A stretch of DNA of 64,000 nt, taken from the NCBI GenBank assembly GCA_965235115.1, contig OZ249436.1, forward strand, positions 44,704,001-44,768,000, in the 5' to 3' direction. Positions within the stretch are counted from its first letter, which is position 1. The number at the start of each line of letters is the position of its first letter. Below, piece after piece: positions 11,102 through 23,740 of the stretch. This stretch comes from Laetmonice hystrix. Its lineage: Eukaryota. The notes below the pieces were generated by a model that did no database searches, was not told the DNA's origin, and saw nothing but the letters and a program-made list of their open reading frames with translations. The translations under genes were made by a program, and so were the position numbers.

Positions 11102-12718
11102 TAATATGGTCTGGCGATTTAACGTGATCGGAGCGACAGCTAGCCACAGTTCCCGGATCACTTTGTAATTAATCGGAGTCACAAATATGTCTGTATTCAC
11201 CCGCTTAAATAGACTGCTCCATGTATAAATAATGCACCTTTCTCATTACAATAATTGCTGAAGACAAAAGGAATGGAAAGGTACTCACAATACCCGAGCA
11301 GCCACGCATGACAACGTGGCTGAAAGAGTCCAGTCCGCCACCCAATATAAGTCGGAGGTTATTAAATGGCCTGTAAAGTTGCAGTCAGTTTGAGTACAAA
11401 TTTGCATAGCCCCGTTAAAGTGTGTTTTAATATTTAACCAGGAGTCGCAGGTTGGTTAGAATTTCATGCCTCCGCGGTATGATGCCCTAATGGGCGTGCC
11501 CACCACCGTGAAGAGCAGCAGGTCGATTCGTCATTTATTTTAATACGTGTTTTTCTTTGATGCGACAACAAAAGCCGCAGTATCTAAACACTGGTGTGAC
11601 ATGGCCGCTACAACCGTGACACTAGGCGGCATTAGTCACCCTGGAGCCAACAGAACCGTCATTGGCGGTCTACGACTCGGTATGAATGACAGCTGATAAA
11701 TAACGCCACGACCCGGACTGCTGCTATTTTAATCAATGAGTGGGCTACGCCATTCATAGTGAGGGTCTCGACGTAAACACACATCATTCCAAGATACAGT
11801 TTAATATCAAATGATCATCGTACCTTCATCAATATTTGAAAGGGTTTCATATGATCGTTAGAAAGGGGAAGCCGACCCACGACACTGGCGGTGTTCGCGC
11901 CTCACTGACTGCTAACTGTAGTAGTGAATTCGATTATGATAATTCTACGAAATTTATATATACCGCATGGAATTAAAGGCAGACACCGTGACGAAAAAGA
12001 TCATCAATTCTTTTTTAACACTGACATTAAAACCGTTAAACTCTGCTGTATGTCTGCAAATGTGATTGTTGCAGATTGACTGTCAGTTTGAGTGATGATA
12101 ATTCAAATGATCCCAGGCACACAAGGATCAAATCATGACGATTTAATTTCCATTGGATGTATTCATGTTGAGGTAACTTTGTAGAACTGATGACTGGTAT
12201 AGGACATAATGGGAGTTGACTGATTCTTCTCTCTGGCATTGTTCCCCGTGTAGCGAGGCCAGCCGGGCATCAGGGCTTAATGAAGGATAATTATACCGAG
12301 CGCCACCTTTTAACTCCGACTGGAACTACTCGGATTTTGTCTGCCTAGCAAAAGTGTCGGTTCGCGTCCTGGAGGCAGGATACATTGTGTGTGTGTGCTG
12401 CAAGAGTTAACCACCTACTGGGAGCATCAATACGTAAACGGTCGGGCCTAGACGCGCTGGGGGTGCCAAGAACCCCCTCCCCTCTCACCCCCTTTCCGTA
12501 CCCCACTCCCATCTCCGAGTTTTTTAAAAGGCATTAGTTAATAGAGGTCAAGTTTAGTCTCCAAATGTAAGGGCTCGACTGGCTTTAGATTCGACGGGTC
12601 ATCTTTAGATTTAACTTAAACTTAGCTAAACTCAGCTCAGCTAAACACGTAGCAGTAAGTTTGGTTGCTATGGCGACATTGGGATGTATAACTTCACTAC
12701 ACGGCATACATACATATA

Positions 12719-12933
12719 CCTTAATCCCCCACTTACCTGTCCTACTCCCTGGCGCATAAAATTCAAATTTCAAACAGCTCAGCATGTCCTATTCCAAATG
12801 TGACAGACACACGATCTGGTTTTGATAAGGATGTTTTGTTATCGGTTGTTACCGCCGACCAATGTAGTACCTTTTCAGACTTAGACAAGTTTCCGCCACT
12901 TCGGAAATAGGACAGCTAATTGGGGGATTAAGG
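12719..12933. mobile_element. ~215-bp Tc1/mariner-type MITE (TA TSD) in the SKOR intron
   Basis: TA|CCTTAATCCCCCACTTACCTGTCCTA...TAGGACAGCTAATTGGGGGATTAAGG|TA: ~26-bp imperfect TIRs with TA on both flanks. Confidence 0.7.
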
Positions 12934-12997
12934 TAAAAAAACTAACACAAAATATTGTTTACCATAACGAAGACAAAGTTTTAAAGCCTTCACTTAC

Positions 12998-14785
12998 CTC
13001 TGTAGGTTTGACCAAAAGGTCATCTTGTTTTTTCATCTCGTTGGTGACGGCGATGTTTGAACCGCCATTGTTCAAAGTTTTTTGGAGAAGTAAGTGTGGA
13101 TGGTTTTTGACGTTTCCTTCCGTTTCCTGTTTCATTGGATTGGATTTTCTGGTCTCCTCCTCGTGTGGGACGCTCGTTTCGGCCGGATCGTTTTGTTCTA
13201 AATCTGTGACATTAATATCGGCGTCGTCTGGTTCTCCGAGACTATCGTCTTCATCACCAGTAGCTGACACGTCTGAGGACACTGACTGTACCCGGGTCGT
13301 CCAGGTTGGGTCATCGTGACCCGGATCTTTGTCTTCGTACGGACTCGCTGGCTTCTGGTTCTCATGGGAGACAGGCTTGAAAGCGGAGAAATATTTCTCT
13401 ACATCGTCCTTGTGTGTGTCCTCGCTGTGAGGGGACAGGCTCTCCAGTTTGTCAATATGAGACTGGTCGGCGTGGTTCTTACTGGAATGGCGGCTGAAGT
13501 CAATTACGTTCCGGTAAGGGACAGAACTGTCATTGTAAAGGGCAAGGTTCTTTGCCCAGAAGTAGTTGAAAGGGTGAACGTAAGGGTTGTGGTTTTTGGG
13601 TTTCCAGAATTCTGCGATGGTGGGTTGGGGCGTCTTGCTGTGGTCCACGCTGGGAAACACTCCTGGGTCTGGGGCCGGAAACGGAAATGCCGGATGCGGC
13701 GCGCGCGGGATGTAGCCCCCAGCTGCGGCTGCCATGTTGGAACAGGGCGTGGTGGGTGGCAGAGGCATGACGGGATACGGGTACGGTAGGCCCGTCATCT
13801 TGGACATGGCTGGGCTCTCACCGGGGTCCACCAGTCTGGGACGTTTGGAGGTATCGTGTCCTGAACTACCGTGACTCGACTTTCCGGTGGAGTGATTGAG
13901 AAGTCGTTTTCGGGAACCTCCATTGAACATCGCTTTAACGTCCTCCCACACGTGAATGAGGTCCTCGCTCGGGCTGTCATAGTCAAGACGCAAGTGTCGC
14001 CTCCACGAGTTGAAGTTGGCAGCGTCAGGATGGTGATACTTGCTGTCACTCGTTCTGTGGAAGTGAAAGATGAACTTGTTTGGCGAGAAGAACATCTGAC
14101 AGTCGCTACACTTGATGCACTTGGCCCTCGAGCTGTTGTAGCGAGATGGGATGAAGTGACCCTTACAGCCCCATCCGCATGCGTGGACGACGTTGAAAGC
14201 GAAGCTCTCAGGGAGCTTGGGTGGTGTGGTTTCCTCAAGGAACGACTTGACCAGACGTTCAGCTTCTCTCTTGGTGATCATGCCACATCGCCGTGATGAG
14301 ATGGGCATGGCCCCTGCCCGCCGCAATATCTCTAGCTGTACTGGGGTACACTGGACGCAAGTAATACCGAGTGCAACCCGACGGTTGTGTATCTCGTTAT
14401 AACTGAAGTCCTTCAGTAAAGTGTTGGAGATCTGCGCCAGGCAGAGGCGCTCTTTATTGTCGATGACCAGGCTGACTATGTATTCCCCATGGAGCAGCAC
14501 CGTTCCCACCTGGTTCTGGCGTACCGGTTGCGGCTGGGATCCGCGCCGCTGGTCAGGGGGTGACGAAGGCAGACCTTGCTGAGGAGATTTCGGCTCGTCC
14601 GAGGGAGGAAACGCGCTCAGCCTTTCGAGGTCTGTCGGCGGTAAGGGCGGGGTAGGCGGGCTGCGGCCGGTCATCGCCTCGGCGGCCGCGGTGGCTGCGG
14701 CCATAGAGGCTACTGCACTGACGGCTGCCGGGCTGAAGCTGGCGGTCGGCGAGGGTGATCTTGGATCCGCCAACGCGGGAAACAT
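12998..14785 (-). CDS. SKOR: SKI family transcriptional corepressor (SKOR1/2, Fussel-like), first coding exon (596 codons) with Ski/Sno/Dac domain and SMAD4-binding SAND-like domain
   Basis: Translation contains ERLCLAQISNTLLKDFSYNEIHNRRVALGITCVQCTPVQLEILRRAGAMPISSRRCGMITKREAERL, then YNSSRAKCIKC..C..FFSPNKFIFH.H, DAANFNSWRRHL, WEDVKAMFNGGSRKR and SAFKPV, all recognisable SKOR/Fussel blocks. Phase-0 donor GAG|GTAAGT at 12998/12997. Candidate acceptor TTGTCTGTTCCAG at 14802, 16 nt before the ATG. Confidence 0.97.
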
Positions 14786-15830
14786 GACAGCTGGTCGTCC
14801 GCTGGAACAGACAAGTTAATGTGCCGCTACAGAAATGATCAATGAATATATCAAACCAATAAAAAAAGACAAAAAGTTGCTCTGATAAGAAATTTACATT
14901 ATTTACTTGATATTTGATCTCTTTGTAGCCTTAAAAGTTGATGTCAATCTGCATTTTCCAATTATGCTTCAAGATAACTTTTGTTATTACAACATCATGG
15001 TGGTGCGGAGAAGACTTGATTAAGTCGTGGTACGAGCAGTTCCGGGGGGACGCTTGAGTTGTCATGTAATCATTATGTGAAATCAGAATGTATGCTCGGC
15101 GTGTTCACCGACTCCCACGAGGGCCCCAGTCCGTGTATCTACCGAACAACAACCCACGTTTTGTGCCACTAAACTGCCAGGCCCACAGAATCCGGGGCTA
15201 AGGCCCCTGACACAGAGCCACCAAGCAATTTTGATGCGGCGACCACGAAGTGCTTTGAGAGCGTGTTTCGCAACGCGCCGCAATTGAACTTATAGAGATT
15301 ACTTTGATCCAATTTGCCCCTGAAGCTGCACTCGGCACATCCGATACATATCAGCGGCATGAGGCGGTTAGTCTGTGGTCGAAACATGATCACAGCGTCC
15401 CGGTATCGGGGGACACGAGCCACTATAATTACCCGCAACACGAGCGCCCCCTTGTGGAACGCCACAGCCCACGATTGGGACGTCATGACGTAGCGCACTC
15501 CCACGTCACTTTGTTCACGGTTGTAAGTGAATGTAAATATTCACAGATTCACGGACAAATGTAGCAAAATGTAATAAATTCCAAAGGCATTGTGTTCGCG
15601 CCAAGTAAATTTGTGAAATTGCCCAGCGACGCAATAAGATATCATTGGCGTTGATTTGGGATCCCCACCGGAATCCTCTCCACTGCTGTTGGTGCCATGC
15701 AGATGTTCTTTAAACTGGAACGATTGGTAGAGAGAAAAATATTTAAAATAACAGATCCAAAGCCATTCGGCTATGTATTTCTTTTTTTTAAATTCACAAA
15801 TGGAAGTGTCTATATGGGATGTATGAGGTC

Positions 15831-16452
15831 TGTAGGACATGTATGTAGTTACGATTGCATGCATATTGTATGTGTTTTGTAGGACATGTATGTCTTGTTA
15901 CGATTGCATGCATATTGTATGTGTTTTGTAGGACATGTATAGTTACGATTGCATGCATATTGTATGTGTTTTGTAGGACATGTATGTAGTTACGATTGCA
16001 TACATATTGTATGTGTTTTGTAGGACATGTATGTATAGTTACGATTGCATGCATATTGTATGTGTTTTGTAGGACATGTATGTATAGTTACGATTGCATG
16101 CATAGTGTATGTGTTTTGTAGGACATGTATGTAGTTACGATTGCATGCATATTGTATGTGTTATGTAGGACATGTATGTAGTTACAATTGCATACATATT
16201 GTATATGTGTTTTGTAGGACATGTATGTATAGTTACGATTGCATGCATATTGTATGTGTTTTGTAGGAAATGTATGTATAGTTACGATTGCATGCATATT
16301 GTATGTGTTTTGTAGGACATGTATGTAGTTACGATTGCATGCATATTGTATGTGTTTTGTAGGACATGTATGTAGTTACGATTGCATGCATATTGTATGT
16401 GTTTTGTAGGAAATGTATGTATAGTTACGATTGCATGCATATTGTATGTGTT
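15831..16452. repeat. ~45-49-bp AT-rich minisatellite, ~13 copies
   Basis: Unit TTTTGTAGGACATGTATGT(AT)AGTTACGATTGCATGCATATTGTATGTG. Confidence 0.96.
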
Positions 16453-16699
16453 TACCCTGGCATGAATTGCGTAGCTTTCATAACGCGCACCGCTTTCCGA
16501 GGCGTGGCCAATGTCTGCTGATTGCCACTTGAGCGAGCTGGTATAGGAACCACAGACCAAGTACTATTGTCACAAGGCTCAGTCTCCGCTGTTAACTTGA
16601 ACACTTCACGCATTATTGTCCGCTGAGACATTTCTGAAATAAGACATTTCTGAAATATCTCAGTTGTAAGGTCCGGTCCGCACACTCCACTCTCAGGCT

Positions 16700-17421
16700 G
16701 GGGTGCCCGTCTGTCCGGGCGGCCTGCAGCCTCCCGGCCGGGGTGTCCGTCTGTCCGGGCGGCCTGCAGGCTCCCGGCCGAGGTGTCCGTCTGTCCGGGC
16801 GGCCTGCAGCCTCCCGGCCGAGGTGTCCGTCTGTCCGGGCGGCCTGCAGCCTCCCGGCCGGGGTGCCCGTCTGTCCGGGCGGCCTGCAGCCTCCCGGCCC
16901 TAGTGCCAGGATGTCCGGGCGGCCTGCAGCCTCCCGGCCCGAGTGCCAGTCTGACGGGGCGGCCTGCAGCCTCCCGGCCGGGGTGGCAGTCTGTCCGGGC
17001 GGCCTGCAGCCTCCCGGCCGGGGTGGCAGTCAGTCCGGGCGGCCTGCAGCCTCCCGACCGGGGTGGCAGTCTGACAGGGCGGCCTGCAGCCTCCCGGCCG
17101 GGGTGTCCGTCTGTCTGGGCGGCCTGCAGCCTCCCGGCCGGGGTGTCCGTCTGTCCGGGCGGCATGCAGCCTCCCGGCCGAGGTGTCCGTCTGTCCGGGC
17201 GGCCTGCAGCCTCCCGGCCGAGGTGTCTGTCTGTCCGGGCGGCCTGCAGCCTCCCGGCCGAGGTGTCCATCTGTCAGGGCGGCCTGCAGCCTCCCGGTCG
17301 GGATGTCCGTCTGTCCGGGCGGCCTGCAGCCTCCCGGCCGAGTTGTCCGTCTGTCCGGGCGGCCTGCAGCCTCCCGGCCGGGGTGCCAGTCTGTCCGGGC
17401 GGCCTGCAGCGTCCCGACCGG
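16700..17421. repeat. 40-bp GC-rich minisatellite, 18 copies
   Basis: Unit GGGGTGTCCGTCTGTCCGGGCGGCCTGCAGCCTCCCGGCC. Confidence 0.97.
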
Positions 17422-19583
17422 GAGAGGTGCCACTGTCGGGCAGAGATGAGACCGGGGGCCAATCCGACAGATCGCTTTGATCCCCCAGGAGAGCCCGAGG
17501 CCAAGCCGGTGGCTTTCCCCGCATATCGCCTGTCGCCCTTTCTAACCTTCTATCCTGCCATTCAGAATAAACACAATTTTCTAAATATAATCAATTGCCA
17601 TTTCGCATAGCTTTGATATTCCTCGAAGCTTCGGGGAAATAATAGGAATGTGTTTAAAAAACCATTCGCGTCCGGACAGACAATCCCGACACCCAAATCC
17701 TATTGGGGTCTCCCGCCAAATTGCTTCGGATCATTTCGACATAATTCACTTGGAAAATATTAAAGTTTACGCATCCGGTAATGGAAATTAATGCAGAGCT
17801 TTATCTCTGCGGCCCGTGCCAGGGCAAATACAATCAATGATGATTTGATAACCGCCACGCGAGTACAATTACATGTCATCCATGCGAAATTACACGAACC
17901 GCCCCGTGATAATGGAACCTGGCTACTTGACATAATGTAGAAACATTTCGGCTTCTACATTCGGCAAAATATTGTTGCAGAGGTAATCCACATCGCTATT
18001 TCGAGCACATCAATTTTAAGTGACTCGGCGGTGGACAGGCGGCCCGGAATTGATAGCCGGGCATGGCAAGCACAGATTCCAACCGATGTGGAATAATAGA
18101 AATAAGGAGAAACGATATTGTGATTTGCTCATCCTTCTCTCGTTTTGATCGCCCGCTGTCTATAATCAATAGAGTTTGATATTACCCCGAAATGTAGCCG
18201 GGGTCGGAGGTGGATTTAACGGTCAGAATGACAAATAGGCGGACTCAGGCCCGCCCTAACTGACCACATCTATATGCTATACCAGTGAGCGCTGCTTAAC
18301 TTAGAAAAGAAAGTTTAGCAATAAAGTACATATACTCCACGCGATTCTCTGAGATTTCGCAAAGACGTTCGCAGATAGGTTGACTGCGTGGGGTTATATA
18401 TGGTCACAATATACCATTCTGCCACTTTTTTGTATCTTTATAGACCACCTTCCCTCTAGTGACATAAATTCATTTGCTGCACATCAAGTGTGCATGCAGT
18501 GCCTCGGTTTCTGTACGTTTTTAACTGGCGAACAATTGCTTACTTACACGGTATACGGTTCCAAGTAAAGGCAATCAGGTGTAATGTTGCCAAAGTTGCC
18601 GGTTCTGTTTACCACTCCAAGTCCCGGGTGACAGTAACCAGAGCTGGCTGATTGCCAATTGCCACAAGCTCAGAACTCGCCCATTTTCAGCGTTTCTTTT
18701 GGTCGGAGCCAGCGTTCACTGTTGCGACCATCTCTCAGAAATCTGATTAGGGACGAATAAACACAGCCCTCAGCGAGAAACCTGCCGATGTACTTAGCGT
18801 GCTCCTCCGACCAACAGCTCCTGCTGTGTTTATAAACATTGATATATGGGCCATACGTGAGTATTACTCCTCAAAATGATCTCTGATCTCTGCCGCTTAC
18901 AGGTTATCGAATATAACATTCCCGTGTCGGAGAAACGGCAAAATATATAGAGTACATCTACACAATTTGAACAGGATATGCTTATGATTGTATTCTTACA
19001 GCTCTTACAGTTCTTGCTGTATCATACTGTCCTATATATACGATCATTTTCTTCCTATACTCTTCCCATTAGCTGTTAGTATCGGATGCGTTTCTTATGA
19101 TCTCGCTAAGAATATTGATAAGGATCTATATATACACGACCGTATCTATTATTTACTGGCACTGTATTGCTGGATAGTTTTGATGACTTTATCTTTACAA
19201 TAATAATATTATATGTATCATTAAAATATAAATATGTGTGTGTTTGCTATGTGTGTACAAGTTCATACTGCATCTTTCCGTTTTCCATTAAATTTTTTAT
19301 TTAAAAGCTCATTTAAAAATCCTACATACCCTGGCAGGGATCGAACTCTGATTGGCTTTATAAATTATTTCCGAATCTTTCCTTGGCCGCGAAATCCAAC
19401 GACCACAATCTAGTTTTTAGAACACGAAGTTCTCTTCCATTTGTTTCAGGAAAGTGGTGAGAAGTCTATCTAAAGGCTCTGGGAAAACCTTTCCTCCAAA
19501 AACCTTTCGCACCTGAGAAAACAAATGATACATGCCGTATGCGGATCCTGGCCGGCGTCGGTGAGTCGCCGCGGGTCGTTAGA

Positions 19584-19709
19584 CGGGTCGCTGGGTTGAT
19601 CGCCAGTAGTGTGAACACAACCAGCCGAGGTGCGCACCCTCGTTAGGCGGGTCGCTGGGTTGATCGCCAGTAGTGTGAACACAGCCAGCCGAGGTGCGCA
19701 CCCTCGTTA
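19584..19709. repeat. ~64-bp direct duplication
   Basis: CGGGTCGCTGGGTTGATCGCCAGTAGTGTGAACACA.CCAGCCGAGGTGCGCACCCTCGTTA twice. Confidence 0.9.
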
Positions 19710-20431
19710 AACGCGTCCGTTTGTTGTTTAACTGTCACGGGCAAACGCTTAACATGCCAAGGGCAATCAAAGTCGAGATCCATCTAACGGTTAATATTAT
19801 TTAAAGGTCAATCCGTGACGAGCAAAAAGGTCAGAAGGACAGGCTGGTAAGCACCCAGTGTAATTGGACGGGACAATCGGTTAGCTCTGTTTGACGTTAC
19901 GGACTAGTTCCAGGGGCGTTGAATTTACAGTAACAGACGGCGATGTGCAATTTATGGTCATTGCGGCGACAATTAGAATTGTCTGTGTCAAGGTTACGGC
20001 GTGCCCGTAGTTGTTTATACAGGGCCGAACAATGATGGCTCCTCATAACCATATGGTCCCTTAATAAAACCGCTATCAGGTATAACGTTTCAAAGCACAC
20101 CTTGAATTACAAATACCCGCTAACTATGGAAATAAATAAAATATGTTATTTGAAAATTAATATTCGAAATTATAGGCCTACTTTCATGCGCTAATTCTGG
20201 GTTCAAAGGAAGATGACTTGACGTTGCCGTTCAGACCCATACAGTACATTTTGTAGCGGGTAAATTGATTAGTTGGGTTGGAGTTGGTATGAAAACAATC
20301 AGCGACTCGTCACGGCCAGGGGTGTCAATGTCACAGGGGCAGAGACAATGGTCGCTAGGGCTGGGCACACACACACAATGGGGCGGCCGCCCACTGCCCA
20401 GGAGATGGCCAATTGTCACCCTCGGCCGTGG

Positions 20432-20937
20432 GAGGACGGCGGGCCGGTCTGAGGACGGCGGGCCGGTCTGAGGACGGCGGGCCGGTCTGAGGACGGCGGG
20501 CCGGTCTGAGGACGGCGGGCCGGTCTGAGGACGGCGGGCCGGTCTGAGGACGGCGGGCCGGTCTGAGGCGGTGGGCCGACCTGAGGCGGTGGGCCGACCT
20601 GAGGACGGCGACCCGGTCTGAGGCGGTTGGCCGACCTGAGGCGGCGGGCCGGTCTGAGGACGGCGGGCCGGTCTGAGGACGGCGGGCCGGTCTGAGGACG
20701 GCGGGCCGGTCTGAGGACGGCGGGCCGGTCTGAGGACGGCGGGCCGGTCTGAGGCGGTGGGCCGACCTGAGGACGGCGGGCCGGTCTGAGGCGGCGGGCC
20801 GGTCTGAGGCGGCGGGCCGTTCTGAGGACGGCGGGCCGGTCTGAGGACGGCTGGCCGGTCTGAGGCGGCGGCCCGGTCTAAGGACGGCGGCCCGGTCTGA
20901 GGCGGTTGGCCGACCTGAGGCGGTGGGCCGGCCTGAG
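20432..20937. repeat. 19/16-bp GC-rich minisatellite
   Basis: Unit GAGG(ACG)GCGGGCCGGTCT with variants. Confidence 0.96.
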
Positions 20938-21806
20938 ACATATAGGCCTACAGGCAGGCTATATAGTGGTCCGAGCAGTACGTGCCGGACACAAGGCAGG
21001 CAGCCAAAGCTCACGCCGGTGGTCGGTCTCCGAACTCGCAGGGCGACATCACACACCGTATCTAACTTATTATCTGTATTAGCCGTGTGTCTCACAGATC
21101 TATAGGGGGCCGGGACAATGATCTAAAAACAAGAATTTAAAGGGGAAAGAGGTCTGGCAAAGAGAGAGAAATAATTATTGGCCAAGAAGGTATAGGCATA
21201 ATAATACACCCGAGATATTATAATAGGCAAAGAGGACGAAACCATGCCTGGTCACCGACAAATTATATATAATAGGCATATATATAGGCGGATAATGCAG
21301 GTGGGGCTATAGGGATCTATAGATAGGCCTACTGTGAACAATAAAAGGCGCCCGGCATCCACACAGCAGTACACCCGCCCCATTCCTGTGTGAGGCCGTC
21401 AGCACCGGTCTGTGAGCCGGCCGCCCGCCCGCCGTCCCTGCCAGCCGCGGGCGGGGGCCCCGCCCGCCGTGCCTGCCAGCCGCGGGCGGGGCTGTCTAGG
21501 CTGATCCTCCTACCCCCGCCCGCCGTCCCTGCCAGCCCCGGGCGAGCCTGTCCCTGACCCCCCTACCCCTGCCCGCCGTCTCTGCAAGCCGGGCGGGCCC
21601 CTCTTCCACCGTCCGCCGGCGGCCGGGGTCGCCAGGCCATGCACCTCGGGTATGTACACACATCTACAGATCCAGGATTTTCTGGCAGACCTAACCGTAT
21701 AGTCGGGCCCAAATACGCCGGGGGCAGTGCCTCCTGACAAGTACCAAGTGTCAATTCCATGTGCCAATGTTGGGGATTCAGGCCCAATAATGATGTTTAA
21801 AAACCT

Positions 21807-21868
21807 GGAAATATCCCAGGGGGACAGTTGCCCCCCTTGCCCCCCCCCCCCCGCGGGCTACGGCCCTG
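21807..21868. mobile_element. Fragment of the same MITE family as 262-392
   Basis: GGAAATATCCCAGGGGGACAGTTGCCCCCCTTG(C)nGCGGGCTACGGCCCTG aligns with the reverse complement of 267-323. Confidence 0.55.
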
Positions 21869-22736
21869 TGGCATGTTGTGATATCATGGTGGGCATAAAA
21901 ACACTTGTCGAAATGTGACGCGATATGAAAATTTTCAGGAGTAAACACCTTGATGTTCTATCTTTCAAATTCCTATCTCAAATACCCTGGCCTATATAAT
22001 GAGACCAAAATAAAAATGGGCTGTTCCATACTGAGTTGTTATAATGTTCATACGTACTTGAGCAGCTGGTCAATTGGACACACTTGTAATTTTGGTCTCA
22101 TGTGAGGACTATATTTGAGAAATCAACGTGAAAATTTCAACAGATGTTAACAATATCAAGGTATTTACTCTTGTGTTTTCTCGTTTAAGTTTAAGTTCAC
22201 CAATTTATAATTATAATTATTATACGTATTTTATGTAGGCACAGAACAACTAAGAATATATATATGTATATACAATGTACTTCTATGTATGTCTAAAACT
22301 AACGGAACTATATGGTCCGTCAACCAGAATTTCTAAAATGAAAAAGTCATGAATGAAATACTGTTTGCTTCGTATATTCGAACAAAAATGATATTTGGGG
22401 AACAGACCAACAATAATGTCATAATATACAAGTGTATGTATAAGACATAATTGAATGAACTAAATAAAAAATAAATAATAAGAAGAAAAGAATCTCTCAG
22501 ATAAACGAGAAAGCCCAACCATTTTTTTTGGGTATGTTCTGTGTGGTTATCAAGTCAAAACATTATCATGTCAGTGTCTGTGTGAATAGTGTGATTCCGA
22601 TCATACATAATACACACGCATACCTTTTATTTTGATAGCAACCCAACTATACAATATACGCGTAGTGCAGTTTGAATTCAGTACAAACATGCAGACATAT
22701 AAAAGAGGAAAATGCGAACTATAATATTTAATTAAC

Positions 22737-22798
22737 GAGAGGTAGAGAGAGAGCGGGAGAGAGAGAGGGAGAGAGCGAGGGAGAGAGAGAGAGAGAGG

Positions 22799-22858
<60 letters not shown>

Positions 22859-22888
22859 AGGGGGAGAGAGAGAGCGGGAGAGAGAGAG
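22737..22888. repeat. (GA)n microsatellite
   Basis: Imperfect GA dinucleotide run. Confidence 0.97.
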
Positions 22889-23740
22889 TTCCCAATAGTG
22901 AAAACTGCACACATGTGAAAAAGGGCCCCGGCATGGGGTAAAGTCAGAAAACTGTATTAGAACGAAAATGAAAAAGGGCCCAGACCCTATATAGAAAAAG
23001 ACTCCCCCACATTTTGAAAAGATCAGAATTTTATAGAAAGGTCCTGTATAGGTGTACATGCGGGGATTATCAATGTACACATATACAATAATATCATTAA
23101 TGTAAAATTATCAATGTGCATCATTAATGGGAAATCGAAATGAAAATTTAAAGATCACTTTAAAAGCTCGAAAAATGATGATTGACAGTTATCGGGTCTA
23201 CCTAGCTTGATCAATCCATAGGCGACATGAAGAAAATGGTCAAAGTAACAACTCTTTCTATAGCCAGGTCGTTCGTGTACCTTTAACGTGTCAAATCTTT
23301 CGGATCTTTTAGGGCCTAAACATCCCGCTACGTCTTTTCTATTGTTTGAATATCTTGGAATATACAAAGTGTACCCCATGTGTACTGATACGGAATAAAC
23401 ATAGAATATATATGTGCATGGGTCCTGTATTAACAGAATTTTCCGTCGTTTTACATTCGGGCGTGTAGGATACGCTAATATTGAGTGAATATAGGATGAC
23501 CAGGGGCGGGAAGTAACTGTATGAGTGGGGGTAGGGGTAACCTATAACTACTTGTATGCATCCACGGAATCTGACGCGTGGAGCGTTGAGAGATGAGAGA
23601 TAATAAAATGATGTTTTCTCCCTACATTGGTATCTCATGTCGCAGTTGGTGAGATACAGGTCTAATAACTCCTCACCATCATTCATAATCCACCTCTGGG
23701 TCTCTCTGAAGGTGAAACAAAAAGTGAAGAATGTACCTAC

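Noticed and set aside
12959..12997. Final 12 residues (VSEGFKTLSSLW) of the 608-aa ORF
   Set aside because: Lie beyond a consensus GTAAGT donor; the conserved C-terminus is encoded by downstream exons.
13008..14402. Antisense and alternate-frame ORFs within SKOR exon 1
   Set aside because: Shadow ORFs of a GC-rich coding exon with no recognisable motifs.
16452..17610. Multiple 160-275-aa ORFs and a CRISPR-like look (constant palindromic core plus variable part)
   Set aside because: The variable parts are point variants of one sequence, not unique spacers. No cas genes, and the context is eukaryotic.
19320..19356. B-box-like GTTCGATCC on the minus strand (tRNA or SINE head)
   Set aside because: No A-box or cloverleaf found; at most a SINE remnant.
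20231..21095. Pro/Arg-rich ORFs of 236-246 aa
   Set aside because: Translation of a GC-rich 16/19-bp repeat.
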